From Vampirovibrionales bacterium (GTDB lineage: Bacteria; Cyanobacteriota; Vampirovibrionia; Vampirovibrionales; Vampirovibrionaceae), in contig JBDIVN010000001.1 in NCBI GenBank assembly GCA_039794365.1, forward strand, positions 450,753 through 514,752: DNA of 64,000 bases. Direction: 5' to 3'. A program made the translations under genes and the position numbers. Every line of letters starts with the position of its first letter. Positions within the stretch are counted from its first letter, which is position 1. The notes beneath the pieces are model-generated. The model was not told the origin of the DNA and ran no database searches. It worked only from the letters and a program-made list of their open reading frames with translations. Below are positions 38,399 to 55,345 of this stretch, in pieces.

Positions 38399-39172
38399 TC
38401 AGGGGGTTTCGAAATCCCCCCACATCAGGCGCATCTCCAGCCCACGGGCGGCATGCTCGACGGCCCTGCGCAGGTTGCCCTTCTTGAGCCAGGCCTGGCC
38501 CAGCAGCATGTAGGCGCCGGGATTGTTCGAATCATCCACCGCCAGGGATTCCTCCCACAGCGTCATCGCCTCGTCCAGCCGCTTCTCGCCGCCGGTATCC
38601 ACCATCAGGAAGCCGAGGTAATTCCGCGCCCAGATATCCTCAGGGTCCACGTCAATCAGGCGCGATAACGTCTCCTCGGCCTTGGCGTACCAGAATTCGG
38701 GAGATTCCGGGCTGTTCCTGATGTAGTTTTTCTCGATACCGTACCCCTTGGTGTAGTAGATAAACGCCAGCCGGTAAAGCACCAGGGGATCGTCCACCCG
38801 GTAGGTGAGCATGTCCTCGTATTCGGCGATTTTTTCGTCCAGGTTCGCGTAACGCTCCGGGCTTTTCTTCATCAGTTTTTTCGCCCGCTTGAACGCGTAA
38901 AACCCCTTTTCAATATAGGGGGTCCTGCTGTAGGCAATGGCCAGCAGGAACTGGGCCTCGAAACTGTCCGGGTAGGCCTCCGCCTGGGCCTTTGCGATCT
39001 CCAGATCGTCCGTCAGCGTCAGGGATTCATTGGAAAGATCCGCCGTGATGGGCGCCCCGGAGAAAACGGTGGTGTCCTCCCCCGGCGCAGGCTCCTCCGC
39101 CCGGATCGGCATCATCAGCATGCCCGTCATGAAAACCAACCCCAATAAACCCGGAAAAATACTTCTCATCAT
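38399..39172 (-). CDS. Secreted TPR-repeat protein
   Basis: Signal peptide and TPR-like helices (ARNYLGF, AYMLLGQAW). Confidence 0.8.
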   Translation of the reverse strand: MMRSIFPGLLGLVFMTGMLMMPIRAEEPAPGEDTTVFSGAPITADLSNESLTLTDDLEIAKAQAEAYPDSFEAQFLLAIAYSRTPYIEKGFYAFKRAKKLMKKSPERYANLDEKIAEYEDMLTYRVDDPLVLYRLAFIYYTKGYGIEKNYIRNSPESPEFWYAKAEETLSRLIDVDPEDIWARNYLGFLMVDTGGEKRLDEAMTLWEESLAVDDSNNPGAYMLLGQAWLKKGNLRRAVEHAARGLEMRLMWGDFETP

Positions 39173-39304
39173 CAGATCCTGTCACGCTTACCCTGCCCGA
39201 AATCCCGATACCCCTGCGAAGGTGCCGGTGGTGCTAGTAAAGAATAACATACGGGAAGAATGGCGACCGGCCCGGTATAATCTCAGTACACCCGAACCGT
39301 TGTC

Positions 39305-40222
39305 ATGCAGGAAACCATCATGGGCCGCTGTACCCGATTTCTCCCGTTTGTCCTCGCCATCACCCTTCTGGGTGGGTGGATGATCCCCGTGCAAGCGGAA
39401 GACTACCCCAACGTGAAGATCGGCAACCCGGTGAGCCGCGCCGTTCAGAAAGTGACGGGCATCACCCTGCTCAGCGGCTGGATAGGCTCCCGTGTCGCAA
39501 AAAATCTGCTGCAGAAAGAACTGGGCGGGGAGGTGAACGTCTCCCTCAAACCTTTCAGCGCCACGGATCTCATCGCCGGGAAAGCCCGACGGCTGGAAAT
39601 CCGGGGGGAAAACCTGCTGATTGACGACATGCTCCCCATCCGCGCCTTTACCGTGGAAACCCTGGGCGACTCGCCCATTTTCGTCCGGAAAGGCCGCAAG
39701 CCGGTGTTGATGCGCCCGGTAGAATTCCGGGTATCCGCCGTGGTGGACGAGGAAAACCTGAAGACGTTTCTGGAAAGCGAGAAGGGGCGCAAGCAACTGA
39801 CGCGGATCAAGGTTCCGCTGCCGCCCTACAAAAAACCCCAGTATCTGGACGTGCTGGACCCGGCAGTCAGTATTCGGGACGGCAAGCTGATCATCGATTC
39901 CTTCGTGAACGTCCACGGGGCACCGAAGGCGAACGGCCTGCCGGTGAAAGTCTCCACCGGCCTCAAACCGGTGGACGACACGCTGAAACTTGACGGCGTG
40001 AAGATTGACATTCCCGGCATCAGGAAAACCCGTGGCGCCGAAAAATTCGTTGAACGGTTTTTCACGGAACTGTTCGACGTCTCGAAGATCCGCATCGACC
40101 GCCACAAAATCATCATGGCCTATGACAAGTCCGAACTGACCGGCAACCGCCTCCTTATCGAAGCCCACGGCTACATCAAGCCTGACGGCAAGGGGCTGAA
40201 GCTCTTATCCGAAAATGATTAG
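39305..40222 (+). CDS. DUF2993/LmeA-like exported protein
   Basis: Signal peptide, 'DLIAGKARRLEIRGENL' and 'VDEENLKTFLES' resemble this family. Family assignment is from memory. Confidence 0.6.
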   Translation: MQETIMGRCTRFLPFVLAITLLGGWMIPVQAEDYPNVKIGNPVSRAVQKVTGITLLSGWIGSRVAKNLLQKELGGEVNVSLKPFSATDLIAGKARRLEIRGENLLIDDMLPIRAFTVETLGDSPIFVRKGRKPVLMRPVEFRVSAVVDEENLKTFLESEKGRKQLTRIKVPLPPYKKPQYLDVLDPAVSIRDGKLIIDSFVNVHGAPKANGLPVKVSTGLKPVDDTLKLDGVKIDIPGIRKTRGAEKFVERFFTELFDVSKIRIDRHKIIMAYDKSELTGNRLLIEAHGYIKPDGKGLKLLSEND

Positions 40223-40254
40223 GCAGAATCGACATTTAAACCTGAAACATTTGC

Positions 40255-40589
40255 CGTCATTCCCGTTGGAATTTATTTCGGGTTTTTCCGGTCAATGGAT
40301 TCCGGCTCACCCATATCCGTACAGCTCGGCTTTGGCCTCGCTTACGGCTATCGGCGTCCGGAATGACAGGATGCTTCTCACTCGGATTAAATGTCGATTG
40401 GCCCTAGCCGTCAGTCCTGTGATTCTCAGTCTTTTCTGCCATCCTCGCCCCTTTTTGTCATTCCCAGGCCTTTTGTCATTCCCAGGCCTTTTGTTCATTC
40501 CCAAGCCTTTTGTTCATTCCCAAGCCTTTTTGTCATTCCCGCGCAGGCGGGAATCCATTCCCAGGAACTGTTACGACGTCCGGAATGAC
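40255..40589. repeat. REP cluster, copy E (long-hairpin REP + tandem half-REPs + canonical REP)
   Basis: 40294-40369 matches 33417-33492 at 73/76 nt. Four TTTTGT(T)CATTCCCA(G/A)GCC units precede GTCATTCCCGCGCAGGCGGGAATCCA (40532-57). Confidence 0.9.
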
Positions 40590-40601
40590 TCTGTTTTCCT
40601 G

Positions 40602-41693
<1,092 letters not shown>

Positions 41694-42245
41694 TCAGGAT
41701 ACGGGCAACGGCTCCAGGGTCCGGATCACCCGCGCCGGGACCCCAGCGGCGATGGAAAACGGCGGAATGCTGTGGGACACCACGGCTCCCGCGCCAATCA
41801 CACTGCCCGTGCCAATGGTGATTCCGGAAAGGATCACCACATTGGTGCCGATCCAGACGTCGTCCTCGATAACCACCGGCTTCTGGACGATGAGGGCGTC
41901 CTTGACGTAGGGGTGGTCTTTCAGACGCGAATGGCTCGGCTTGGACTCACAGGCCACGGTCACATTGGGCGAGATGGCCACCCGGTTCCCGATTTTCAGC
42001 AGGGGCCGGAAACCGTCGGAAACGACGAAGTTCATGTTGATGACCACGTCGTCGCCAAGCTCCACCCCGGTTTTTGCATAGAAAACCGGGCGCATGGCAT
42101 TGTCCGGGTGGTTCATTCCCAGCCAGCGCAACATCTGGGGCGGCAGATCCTCGCAAAGCCGGTCGATTTCCCCCGGAGAAAGCACATCGTAGTTGAACAT
42201 CAGGGTATTGACGATTTCCGCGCGGTTCATCAGTCCTCTTCTCAT
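41694..42245 (-). CDS. Hexapeptide-repeat (LbH) acyltransferase
   Basis: PVVIEDDVWIGTNVVILSGITIGTGSVIGAGAVV...AGVPAR. Confidence 0.9.
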   Translation of the reverse strand: MRRGLMNRAEIVNTLMFNYDVLSPGEIDRLCEDLPPQMLRWLGMNHPDNAMRPVFYAKTGVELGDDVVINMNFVVSDGFRPLLKIGNRVAISPNVTVACESKPSHSRLKDHPYVKDALIVQKPVVIEDDVWIGTNVVILSGITIGTGSVIGAGAVVSHSIPPFSIAAGVPARVIRTLEPLPVS

Positions 42246-42591
42246 CCGTTGCCGACGGTTGGAAATAACGATTATACATTAACCACCCGGCATCCGCGCC
42301 AGCTCATCGGGAATTGAGCAGTATCATTCCGACATACCCATAATATCTTTACGTTTACATTTGCCGGGCACCCTCCCAAATATAACGGAGAAACAGGCAA
42401 GACGCTTTCCCGCTGGTTTTGCGGGTTCAGCCCGGTCAACCCAAGACTGGCCTGTTCCTTTACGAAGGAAAGTGTAACGTTTACACCCGTACCCCTCGCC
42501 AGAGGGCAGGTTCAATCGCTATAATAATAGGAAACCTTAGAGTAATTTGAACACTATCAAGAAGCGATCGATGAGATGAGGATCGACCGAC

Positions 42592-48502
<5,911 letters not shown>

Positions 48503-49432
48503 TCACTGCATGCAGACCGCCCCGTTGCCGCTGCCCTCGCCCGCGGCGCAGAAGGCGTCGGAATTCAGGTTGGTAATGGTGGAAGCCGAGTATTGCTTCA
48601 TGTCGAGACTGGGGTCCCTCATCTTCTTGTCGGCAGCGTTTTCCACCACTTCGGTCAGAAAGATAATCTCCTGGGCCAGACCGGACACCCATTCCTTCGT
48701 TTCCGGGTTGTCGAGGCTGGTATTCACCTGCTGGTAAATTTCAAGAAACACCCGATTCTCCGGAGTTGCATTTTCGTAGTTCGGGTCCAGGATGTCCACG
48801 CCATTTGTGACCTCGTTGGGGCTGTCATTCAGCCAACCAATCCGCGCCGACAAATCCTTCATGTTGGCATAGGTGACCCCATCAAAAACCACCGGCGCGT
48901 GGGGATCGGTCACGTTTTCCAGGGTCTGCTCAAGCAGGGCGATCCGGTAGCCCTGATTGGACAACCGGCGAAGGAGTCCCGCCTGTTCGGCGGTGATTTC
49001 CCCACTGGCCAGACGGCTGTCAATCTCGTCATTGAAGGTTTCCAGCCTGCTGGCAGCCATTCCGCTGACCCCGACCCTTTCAACCGCCGCCGCCAGATCG
49101 TCCTGGCCATTAACACTGGTGGAAATCAGGCCGGAAGCCATGGAACTCAGGGCGGACTGGTCGTAGGAAATAACCGAGTCTCCCCCTGCGATTGAATTAT
49201 TCGGCCCGCCGCCTTCCGGCGCAGTCGTCGTGGCCGTGACCCCGCCATTGGCGCCGCCCCCACCACCAGAAAGCAGTGAAAACAAGCCATCCGCCTGGGA
49301 GAGACCCCGGCTGTTATGGGCAAACAATTCGTCGAGACGAAGACCCAGGGTTCCCAGCGCCGGTATGGCCACCAGCACAACCAGAAAGCCGATAACGGCG
49401 TACTCCGTAATGGAATGTCCCGTATTTCTCAT
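48503..49432 (-). CDS. Long Flp/TadE-like prepilin protein, paralog 1
   Basis: G-HSITEY + hydrophobic helix and C-terminal FCAAG....C. Confidence 0.8.
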   Translation of the reverse strand: MRNTGHSITEYAVIGFLVVLVAIPALGTLGLRLDELFAHNSRGLSQADGLFSLLSGGGGGANGGVTATTTAPEGGGPNNSIAGGDSVISYDQSALSSMASGLISTSVNGQDDLAAAVERVGVSGMAASRLETFNDEIDSRLASGEITAEQAGLLRRLSNQGYRIALLEQTLENVTDPHAPVVFDGVTYANMKDLSARIGWLNDSPNEVTNGVDILDPNYENATPENRVFLEIYQQVNTSLDNPETKEWVSGLAQEIIFLTEVVENAADKKMRDPSLDMKQYSASTITNLNSDAFCAAGEGSGNGAVCMQ

Positions 49433-49577
49433 CGCTACTCCTTTGCCGGGACCGGAATCCCGATTGTGATTCTGCTTCCTATCTATCGTTTATGATTCAG
49501 AAGATTTCGAATTTTTGTAAACCGATGCTGTCAAAAGGCAGGACGCCAGGCCATCAAATGAATTTGCCACCCGGCGA

Positions 49578-50501
49578 CTAGTTGCAGATTGCCGTTCCTT
49601 TGCCCTGACCCGCGGCGCAGAAGGCCTCGGAATTCAAATCGGTAATCTTGGACGCTGAGAATGCCTTCAAGTCCAGACCAGGATTGATCCCCTTGTTATA
49701 TGCGCCATCCTCGACCATTTCGGTTAGCAGGGCAATTTCCGTGGACAAGCCGGCTACCCAGACGGCAAGTTCCGGATCGGCAATATTGCGATCAACCTGC
49801 TGGTAAGCTTCCAGAAATTTCCTGAGTTCAGGGCCGGCATTCCCATACGACGGGTCCAATACCTTGTTCGACAATACAGTGCCAGGATACACGTTCTGAT
49901 ATCCAATCAATTTCGAAAATTCATGCAGGTTGGAATACGTCCGGCCTTCAAAGGTAATCGGCTCATGAAAGCTTTTGGCGTCTTCCGCGATTTTCTCGAT
50001 GGCCGCGATCCGGTAACCCTGGTTGGACAATTCCCGAAGCAGGCCGGCCTGTTCGGCGGTGATTTCGCCATTGGCCAGGCGGCTGTCAATCTCATCGCTG
50101 AAGGCTTCCAACCGGCTGGCCGCAACCCCGCTGGCGCCCGCTTCCGACACCGCCTTCGCCAGATCCTGCTTGCCATTGATGCTGGTGGCCATCAGGCCGG
50201 ATGACATCACGCTCAGGCCGGACGAATCCGCGGCATGGGACAGGGCCGAATCCTCCGTCATCATCGGATCGCCCGGCCCTTCTCCCGGCCCGTTTGCCGC
50301 CGCAGCAGCACCGCCATTGGCGCCGTCCCCGCCGCCGGAAAGGAGGGAGAACAGCGCATCCGCCTGGGACAACTCCTGGCCGCTGCCGTTCAGCAGGGCG
50401 TCAATCTGACCGCCCAGGGTTCCCAGCGCCGGTATGGCCACCAGCACAACCAGAAAGCCGATAATGGCGTATTCCGTTATGGAGTGACCCTTGCTTCTCA
50501 T
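49578..50501 (-). CDS. Long Flp/TadE-like prepilin protein, paralog 2
   Basis: G-HSITEYAIIG, GEITAEQAGLLR and FCAAG...C. AAGGAG lies before ATG 50501. Confidence 0.8.
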   Translation of the reverse strand: MRSKGHSITEYAIIGFLVVLVAIPALGTLGGQIDALLNGSGQELSQADALFSLLSGGGDGANGGAAAAANGPGEGPGDPMMTEDSALSHAADSSGLSVMSSGLMATSINGKQDLAKAVSEAGASGVAASRLEAFSDEIDSRLANGEITAEQAGLLRELSNQGYRIAAIEKIAEDAKSFHEPITFEGRTYSNLHEFSKLIGYQNVYPGTVLSNKVLDPSYGNAGPELRKFLEAYQQVDRNIADPELAVWVAGLSTEIALLTEMVEDGAYNKGINPGLDLKAFSASKITDLNSEAFCAAGQGKGTAICN

Positions 50502-50630
50502 CGATACTCCTTCGCCGGAACCGGAATCCCGATCGTGATTCTGCTTCCCATCCATATCGTTACTACTCGGCTCACGACCACCGCGACTTGAATATTCCGG
50601 GATTTTGTTAACTGTTGTTAATGGTCCATG

Positions 50631-51587
50631 TCAGCCGCCGCAGGACGTGCCCGTCGCGTCGCCCGCACCGGCATTGCAGAAGAGGTCGGAGTCATAATGG
50701 GTGATGGTCGAAGCGACCAGGGCATTGTATGCCTGCGGGTCCCACCCATGAACGCCCATTCCCATCGTCGTGTCCTCCACGGATTCCGTCAGCAGCAGGA
50801 TCTCGCCGCTCAGGCCGGTTACCCATTGCGCCAGTTCCGGATTATCGGAAAGGCTGGCCATGACGGCATCATACGTTTCCAGAAAAGCCCTGTTCTCCTG
50901 GCTCAGGTACGGGCTGCCGGAATTCGTCAGCAGGCTGTTGTTGAAATTCGTCGGATTATAGCCCGTCCAGCCGATCATGCCCATGAGCTGATCACGGGAA
51001 TAGGCTTGCCCGTTAAGCATCAGCCCCGTAGTCTGGCCCGACGCGAAAGACTGGGAGATCAGCATCTCGATATCGGCAATGTGATGCCCCCGCCCGGAAA
51101 GCTGTCTCAGCAGGGCAGCCTGCTCGGCGGAAATTTCCCCGCTCGCCTCCAGGGCATTGATGGTCTGGTCCAGGTCGCTGAGCAACAGGGAGGTGACATA
51201 GCCCGCGCCATGCTCCTCGATCATCCGGACAAATTCTTCCTGGCCCTGCACACTGCTGCTCATGATGGCCGTTCCCGTACCCCCCAGGCCACCGCCGGAA
51301 TCGCCGGGATTCACAGGATCGTCTCCACCGGCGCCCGTAACCGTGCCGGTTCCCGTACCGGCCCCGTTGCCGCCGGAGCCACCGGGGGTGAGCAGGGAGA
51401 ACAGGCCGTCCGCCTGCACCACGCTGCTTCCTCCCTCGGCATAAAAGGCGCTGATGTTCCGGCCCAGCAACATGAGGGCGGGAATGGCCAGTATGGCAAC
51501 CAGTACACCGATAATGACATACTCCGCCAGGGTATGCCCGGCGATTGCCTGCCGCCCCGGAATTATCCGGTTTTCCTCTCTTTCCAT
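50631..51587 (-). CDS. Long Flp/TadE-like prepilin protein, paralog 3
   Basis: G-HTLAEYVIIG, GEISAEQAALLR and FCNAG....C. Confidence 0.8.
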   Translation of the reverse strand: MEREENRIIPGRQAIAGHTLAEYVIIGVLVAILAIPALMLLGRNISAFYAEGGSSVVQADGLFSLLTPGGSGGNGAGTGTGTVTGAGGDDPVNPGDSGGGLGGTGTAIMSSSVQGQEEFVRMIEEHGAGYVTSLLLSDLDQTINALEASGEISAEQAALLRQLSGRGHHIADIEMLISQSFASGQTTGLMLNGQAYSRDQLMGMIGWTGYNPTNFNNSLLTNSGSPYLSQENRAFLETYDAVMASLSDNPELAQWVTGLSGEILLLTESVEDTTMGMGVHGWDPQAYNALVASTITHYDSDLFCNAGAGDATGTSCGG

Positions 51588-51642
51588 CCGGTTTTCAGAA
51601 GCCCCTCTGTTCCCTGCACCCTTACAAAACAATACTGCAGGG

Positions 51643-51669
51643 ATATCGTCAGGACGGCGAACAACTTGA
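51643..51669 (-). promoter_or_regulatory. Candidate sigma28-like promoter of pilin paralog 3
   Basis: TCAA-N15-GACGATAT versus consensus TAAA-N15-GCCGATAA. Confidence 0.45.
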
Positions 51670-51708
51670 AGAAATCCGCCGGATCTTAATACGCCTTAAC
51701 AGTCCGGA

Positions 51709-52491
51709 TCAGACAATGGGGGCGAACTGGAGCAGGCGGGTCAACTGGTTCAGGCGGTTTTGGGAGTTGGCCTGGACGTTGTTGAACAACTGCGCAATAC
51801 CGCCAGCGGCATCACCCTGAAGGAAGAAGGAACTGACACCCTCAAGGATTCCCGGCGGCCCCTGCGCCAGCAACGGCGAGGTCTGCTGGGAAAACGGCTG
51901 GAAAACACCCGATAGCTGAGGGGTTCCCGGCGCTGCCAACCCGCCTGTACCCAGAAGATTCGGCTGAAGCTGGCCGGCCCCGGCGGTTACGCCGGGTATC
52001 CCGGTTGCGCCCGGAATGCCCTGGTTCAACGTCTGGAACAACGAACTATTCAACACGTTGCCCGTTTGGGGTATCTGCGGCAGGTTGCCGAGCTGTCCCA
52101 GTTCCGGCGTATTGGCCGCCATGTTGAGAATGTTCCCGATATCCAGGACACCGTTGTTATTGTTGTTATTTTCCTCTTCGGCGCCGGTGCGGCCACTGAA
52201 AGGATTACCCGGCGGAAGGCTCTTGCCCCGCAATCCGGGTGGAATAAAACCGTTCTCGCCATCGGCTGACATGAGGTTACGCAGGCCAGTCAGGGCATTA
52301 TCGGCCCCACTGTTGCCGCTGCCGCTGCCGCCACTGCCACCGGCTTTTTTCGGGCCTTTACCGCCGCTGCTGCCACCTTTTCCGGCAGATCTCTCGGATT
52401 TCCCGCCATCTTTGCGAAACATCTCACCGCGACTGGCACCGGGTCCACCTTTGGGACCGCCAGCAAGATTACTCACAAATGCAGGGGGCAT
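51709..52491 (-). CDS. Low-complexity Gly/Gln/Asn-rich hypothetical protein
   Basis: GAGGAG RBS, G/K-rich N-terminus, poly-N run and amphipathic C-terminal helix. Confidence 0.7.
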   Translation of the reverse strand: MPPAFVSNLAGGPKGGPGASRGEMFRKDGGKSERSAGKGGSSGGKGPKKAGGSGGSGSGNSGADNALTGLRNLMSADGENGFIPPGLRGKSLPPGNPFSGRTGAEEENNNNNNGVLDIGNILNMAANTPELGQLGNLPQIPQTGNVLNSSLFQTLNQGIPGATGIPGVTAGAGQLQPNLLGTGGLAAPGTPQLSGVFQPFSQQTSPLLAQGPPGILEGVSSFFLQGDAAGGIAQLFNNVQANSQNRLNQLTRLLQFAPIV

Positions 52492-52841
52492 TACACACTC
52501 CTCACTAATTTTCCCGATACACAATCAACACGATGCCAAAGGCTGCTCGTTTCGACTCTCTCCGTTTTTGATAACAAATGGACGAACACACTTTAACCGA
52601 TGCACACTTCTAAAGTTAATAAAAACATTAATTCGAGGGGAATTGCCCGTATATCCAACGTAATCAAGGATTTTCCCCGGTCCATAAGCCGCTTGCAGAG
52701 CAAGTTTCCCAAAAACCGGGACATTTTCGGAAAATTTTCGACAGAAATATATCGACTATCAAGGATATATCCGCTTGAATCTCCCTGGACCCAATGAAAC
52801 CGGGTCCGACGTCAGGCTGACGGCTGGGCGGTTCTGGTGCT

Positions 52842-54005
52842 ATGCTGTTACCCATGCAGGCTGAAGATTCGAACAACCCCATTGAAACCCGCCGGATTGT
52901 TGTCAAACTCGGCACCCGGATACTCACCGGGGACGACGGCGCCCTGGCGCGGGACCGGCTGACGGAACTGGTCGCCCAGTGCGCGGAACTGATCCGGCAG
53001 GGGAAGGAGGTTCTGGTCGTTTCTTCCGGCGCCGTCGGACTGGGCCGCCAGATGCTCAGACCCCAACCGCTGGCCTCAGGCTCGATTCCGCTGGTAGACA
53101 AGCAGGCCTGCGCCGCCGTCGGGCAGAACCTGCTGATGGACGTCTACCGTGAGCTGTTTGGCCGGTACGGCCTGGTAACAGCCCAGGTGCTGCTCACCGC
53201 CGCCGACTTCGCCGACCGCAAACGCTACCTGAACCTGCGGGGAACCCTGGAACGGCTGTTGCATTACAAGGCGGTGCCCATCATCAACGAGAACGATACG
53301 GTCTCCACGATGGAACTGGAAGAGTCAGGTCAGGGCAAGGGTTTTGGCGACAATGACATGCTCTCCGCCCTGATTACCAGCAAGCTGGACGCGGACCTGC
53401 TGGTGATTCTCACCAACGTGGACGGGGTCTATTCGGAAAACCCGGAGAATAACCCGGCAGCCCGACCGCTCCCTCTGATCGACAGCTTTGAGAAGCTGGG
53501 GGGCATCAAGATCCAGGGGCAGTCCGCCGGGGGGCGCGGCGGCATGACCACCAAGCTGGAGGCTGCCCGGATCGCCGCCATCAGCGGGGCGCACACGTTC
53601 ATCACGTCAGGCTATCGGGAAAACGCTCTGCTGGACGCCCTCAGCCTTTCAGCAAACGGACGGGATCATGGTACACTGGTCCTCGCCCAATCGACCCTTT
53701 CCGGCAAAAAACGCTGGATTGGTCTGGCCTCCGGCTACCGGGGCGTCGTAGTCGTCAACGGGGGCGCCCGGGCCGCCCTTGTGGAAAAGCACGCCAGCCT
53801 GCTGCCCATTGGCATTGTAGATATCCAGGGTGATTTTGCCCCCGGTCATGTGGTCAGCATCCAGGACGAGACAGGCATCGAGATTGGCCGGGGCCTTATC
53901 CGGTTTTCCTCGGCGGACACCCGGCAGCTTATTGGCCGAACCCCCTTCGATGACGTGGTTATTCACCGTGACAACCTGGTCATCTTTGAGGAATATTACA
54001 GGTAA
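52842..54005 (+). CDS. proB: Glutamate 5-kinase
   Basis: IVVKLGT, VSSGAV, AAVGQ, PIINEND, FGDND, GGMTTK and PUA domain. Confidence 0.97.
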   Translation: MLLPMQAEDSNNPIETRRIVVKLGTRILTGDDGALARDRLTELVAQCAELIRQGKEVLVVSSGAVGLGRQMLRPQPLASGSIPLVDKQACAAVGQNLLMDVYRELFGRYGLVTAQVLLTAADFADRKRYLNLRGTLERLLHYKAVPIINENDTVSTMELEESGQGKGFGDNDMLSALITSKLDADLLVILTNVDGVYSENPENNPAARPLPLIDSFEKLGGIKIQGQSAGGRGGMTTKLEAARIAAISGAHTFITSGYRENALLDALSLSANGRDHGTLVLAQSTLSGKKRWIGLASGYRGVVVVNGGARAALVEKHASLLPIGIVDIQGDFAPGHVVSIQDETGIEIGRGLIRFSSADTRQLIGRTPFDDVVIHRDNLVIFEEYYR

Positions 54006-54040
54006 AAGCGATTTCACGTAAGCGGAAGGACGGACCCCCT

Positions 54041-55342
54041 ATGGCAACCTCGCAGCAATTGAACATTGAACAGCTCCTGCGCAGCAGCCGCCAGGCCTCG
54101 TATCGGATGGCCGTGCTGGGCACGGATCAGAAAAACGCGGCGCTGGAGCAGTTCGCCCGGCTCATCGAGGAAAACGCCGACTTCCTTCTGGAGGCCAACC
54201 GCAAGGACAAGGCGGAACAGGAAGGCAAAATCAGCCAGGCCCTTTACCAGCGCCTGGGGCTGGATCAGGGCAAGCTGAAACAACTGGTGCAGGGAATCCG
54301 GGATGTGGTTCACCTGCCCGATCCGGCAGGGCAGATCCTGAGCCGGACGAAACTCGACGAGGGCCTGGTGCTGGAAAAACAGACCGTGCCGCTGGGGGTT
54401 ATCGGAATTATCTTCGAATCCCGTCCGGATGTTATTCCGCAGATTCTTTCGCTGATTCTCAAAAGCGGCAATGCCGTGGTACTGAAAGGCGGCAGCGAAG
54501 CGCTCCATTCCAACCGGGCCTTCATGGCGCTGGTGGAGAAACTCAACGCCGCATGCCCCTGGCTGCCCGAAAGCTGGGCCAGCCTGGTGGACAGCCGCCA
54601 GGCGGTTCAGGAAATGCTGAACTATCCCCAGTACGTGGATTTAGTGATTCCCAGAGGCTCCAACGAACTGGTGCAGTCCATCATGGCGGCGACGAAGATC
54701 CCGGTCCTGGGCCATGCCGACGGCATCTGCCATCTCTACGTCCATGACGCGGCGGACATCGCCAAAGCCGTGCCGCTGGCCGTGGATGCCAAGGCTCAGT
54801 ACCCCGCCGCCTGCAACGCCCTGGAAACCCTGCTGGTAGAGGGGAAGATTGCTGATAAATTTTTGCCCCTCTTTGCCAAGGCCGCCCAAAAAGCCGGAAT
54901 TACCCTCAAGGGCTGCAACCGGACCCGGCAGGTTCTGCCGGATATCCAGCCCGCCACGGAGGAAGACTGGCGCACGGAGTACGGCGATCTCACCCTTTCC
55001 GTGAAAATCGTGGATTCGCCTGACGACGCCATTGCGCACATCAACACCTACGGATCGCACCACACGGACGGCATCCTGACGGAAAACCGGGACACCGCCG
55101 AGGACTTCGTGCGGCGGGTGGATTCGGCCAGCGTGTTCGTCAACGCCTCCACCCGGTTCGCCGACGGCTTTCGCTTCGGCCTGGGCGCCGAGATCGGCAT
55201 CAGCACGGCCAAGACCCATGCCCGCGGCCCCGTGGGGCTGGAAGGGCTGATCATCTACAAATACGTCCTGCGCGGCCAGGGGCAGATCGTCGCCAGCTAT
55301 ACCGGCGAAAACGCCCGCCCGTTCATGCACACAAGCTGCTGA
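54041..55342 (+). CDS. proA: Gamma-glutamyl phosphate reductase
   Basis: PLGVIGIIFESRP, LKGGSEA, IPRG, ACNALETLL and NASTRFADG..FGLGAEIGIST.K.HARGP. Confidence 0.98.
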   Translation: MATSQQLNIEQLLRSSRQASYRMAVLGTDQKNAALEQFARLIEENADFLLEANRKDKAEQEGKISQALYQRLGLDQGKLKQLVQGIRDVVHLPDPAGQILSRTKLDEGLVLEKQTVPLGVIGIIFESRPDVIPQILSLILKSGNAVVLKGGSEALHSNRAFMALVEKLNAACPWLPESWASLVDSRQAVQEMLNYPQYVDLVIPRGSNELVQSIMAATKIPVLGHADGICHLYVHDAADIAKAVPLAVDAKAQYPAACNALETLLVEGKIADKFLPLFAKAAQKAGITLKGCNRTRQVLPDIQPATEEDWRTEYGDLTLSVKIVDSPDDAIAHINTYGSHHTDGILTENRDTAEDFVRRVDSASVFVNASTRFADGFRFGLGAEIGISTAKTHARGPVGLEGLIIYKYVLRGQGQIVASYTGENARPFMHTSC

Positions 55343-55345
55343 TTC

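Noticed and set aside
42472-42486. NtcA site upstream of gltB
   Set aside because: The spacing is GTA-N5-TAC, not GTA-N8-TAC.
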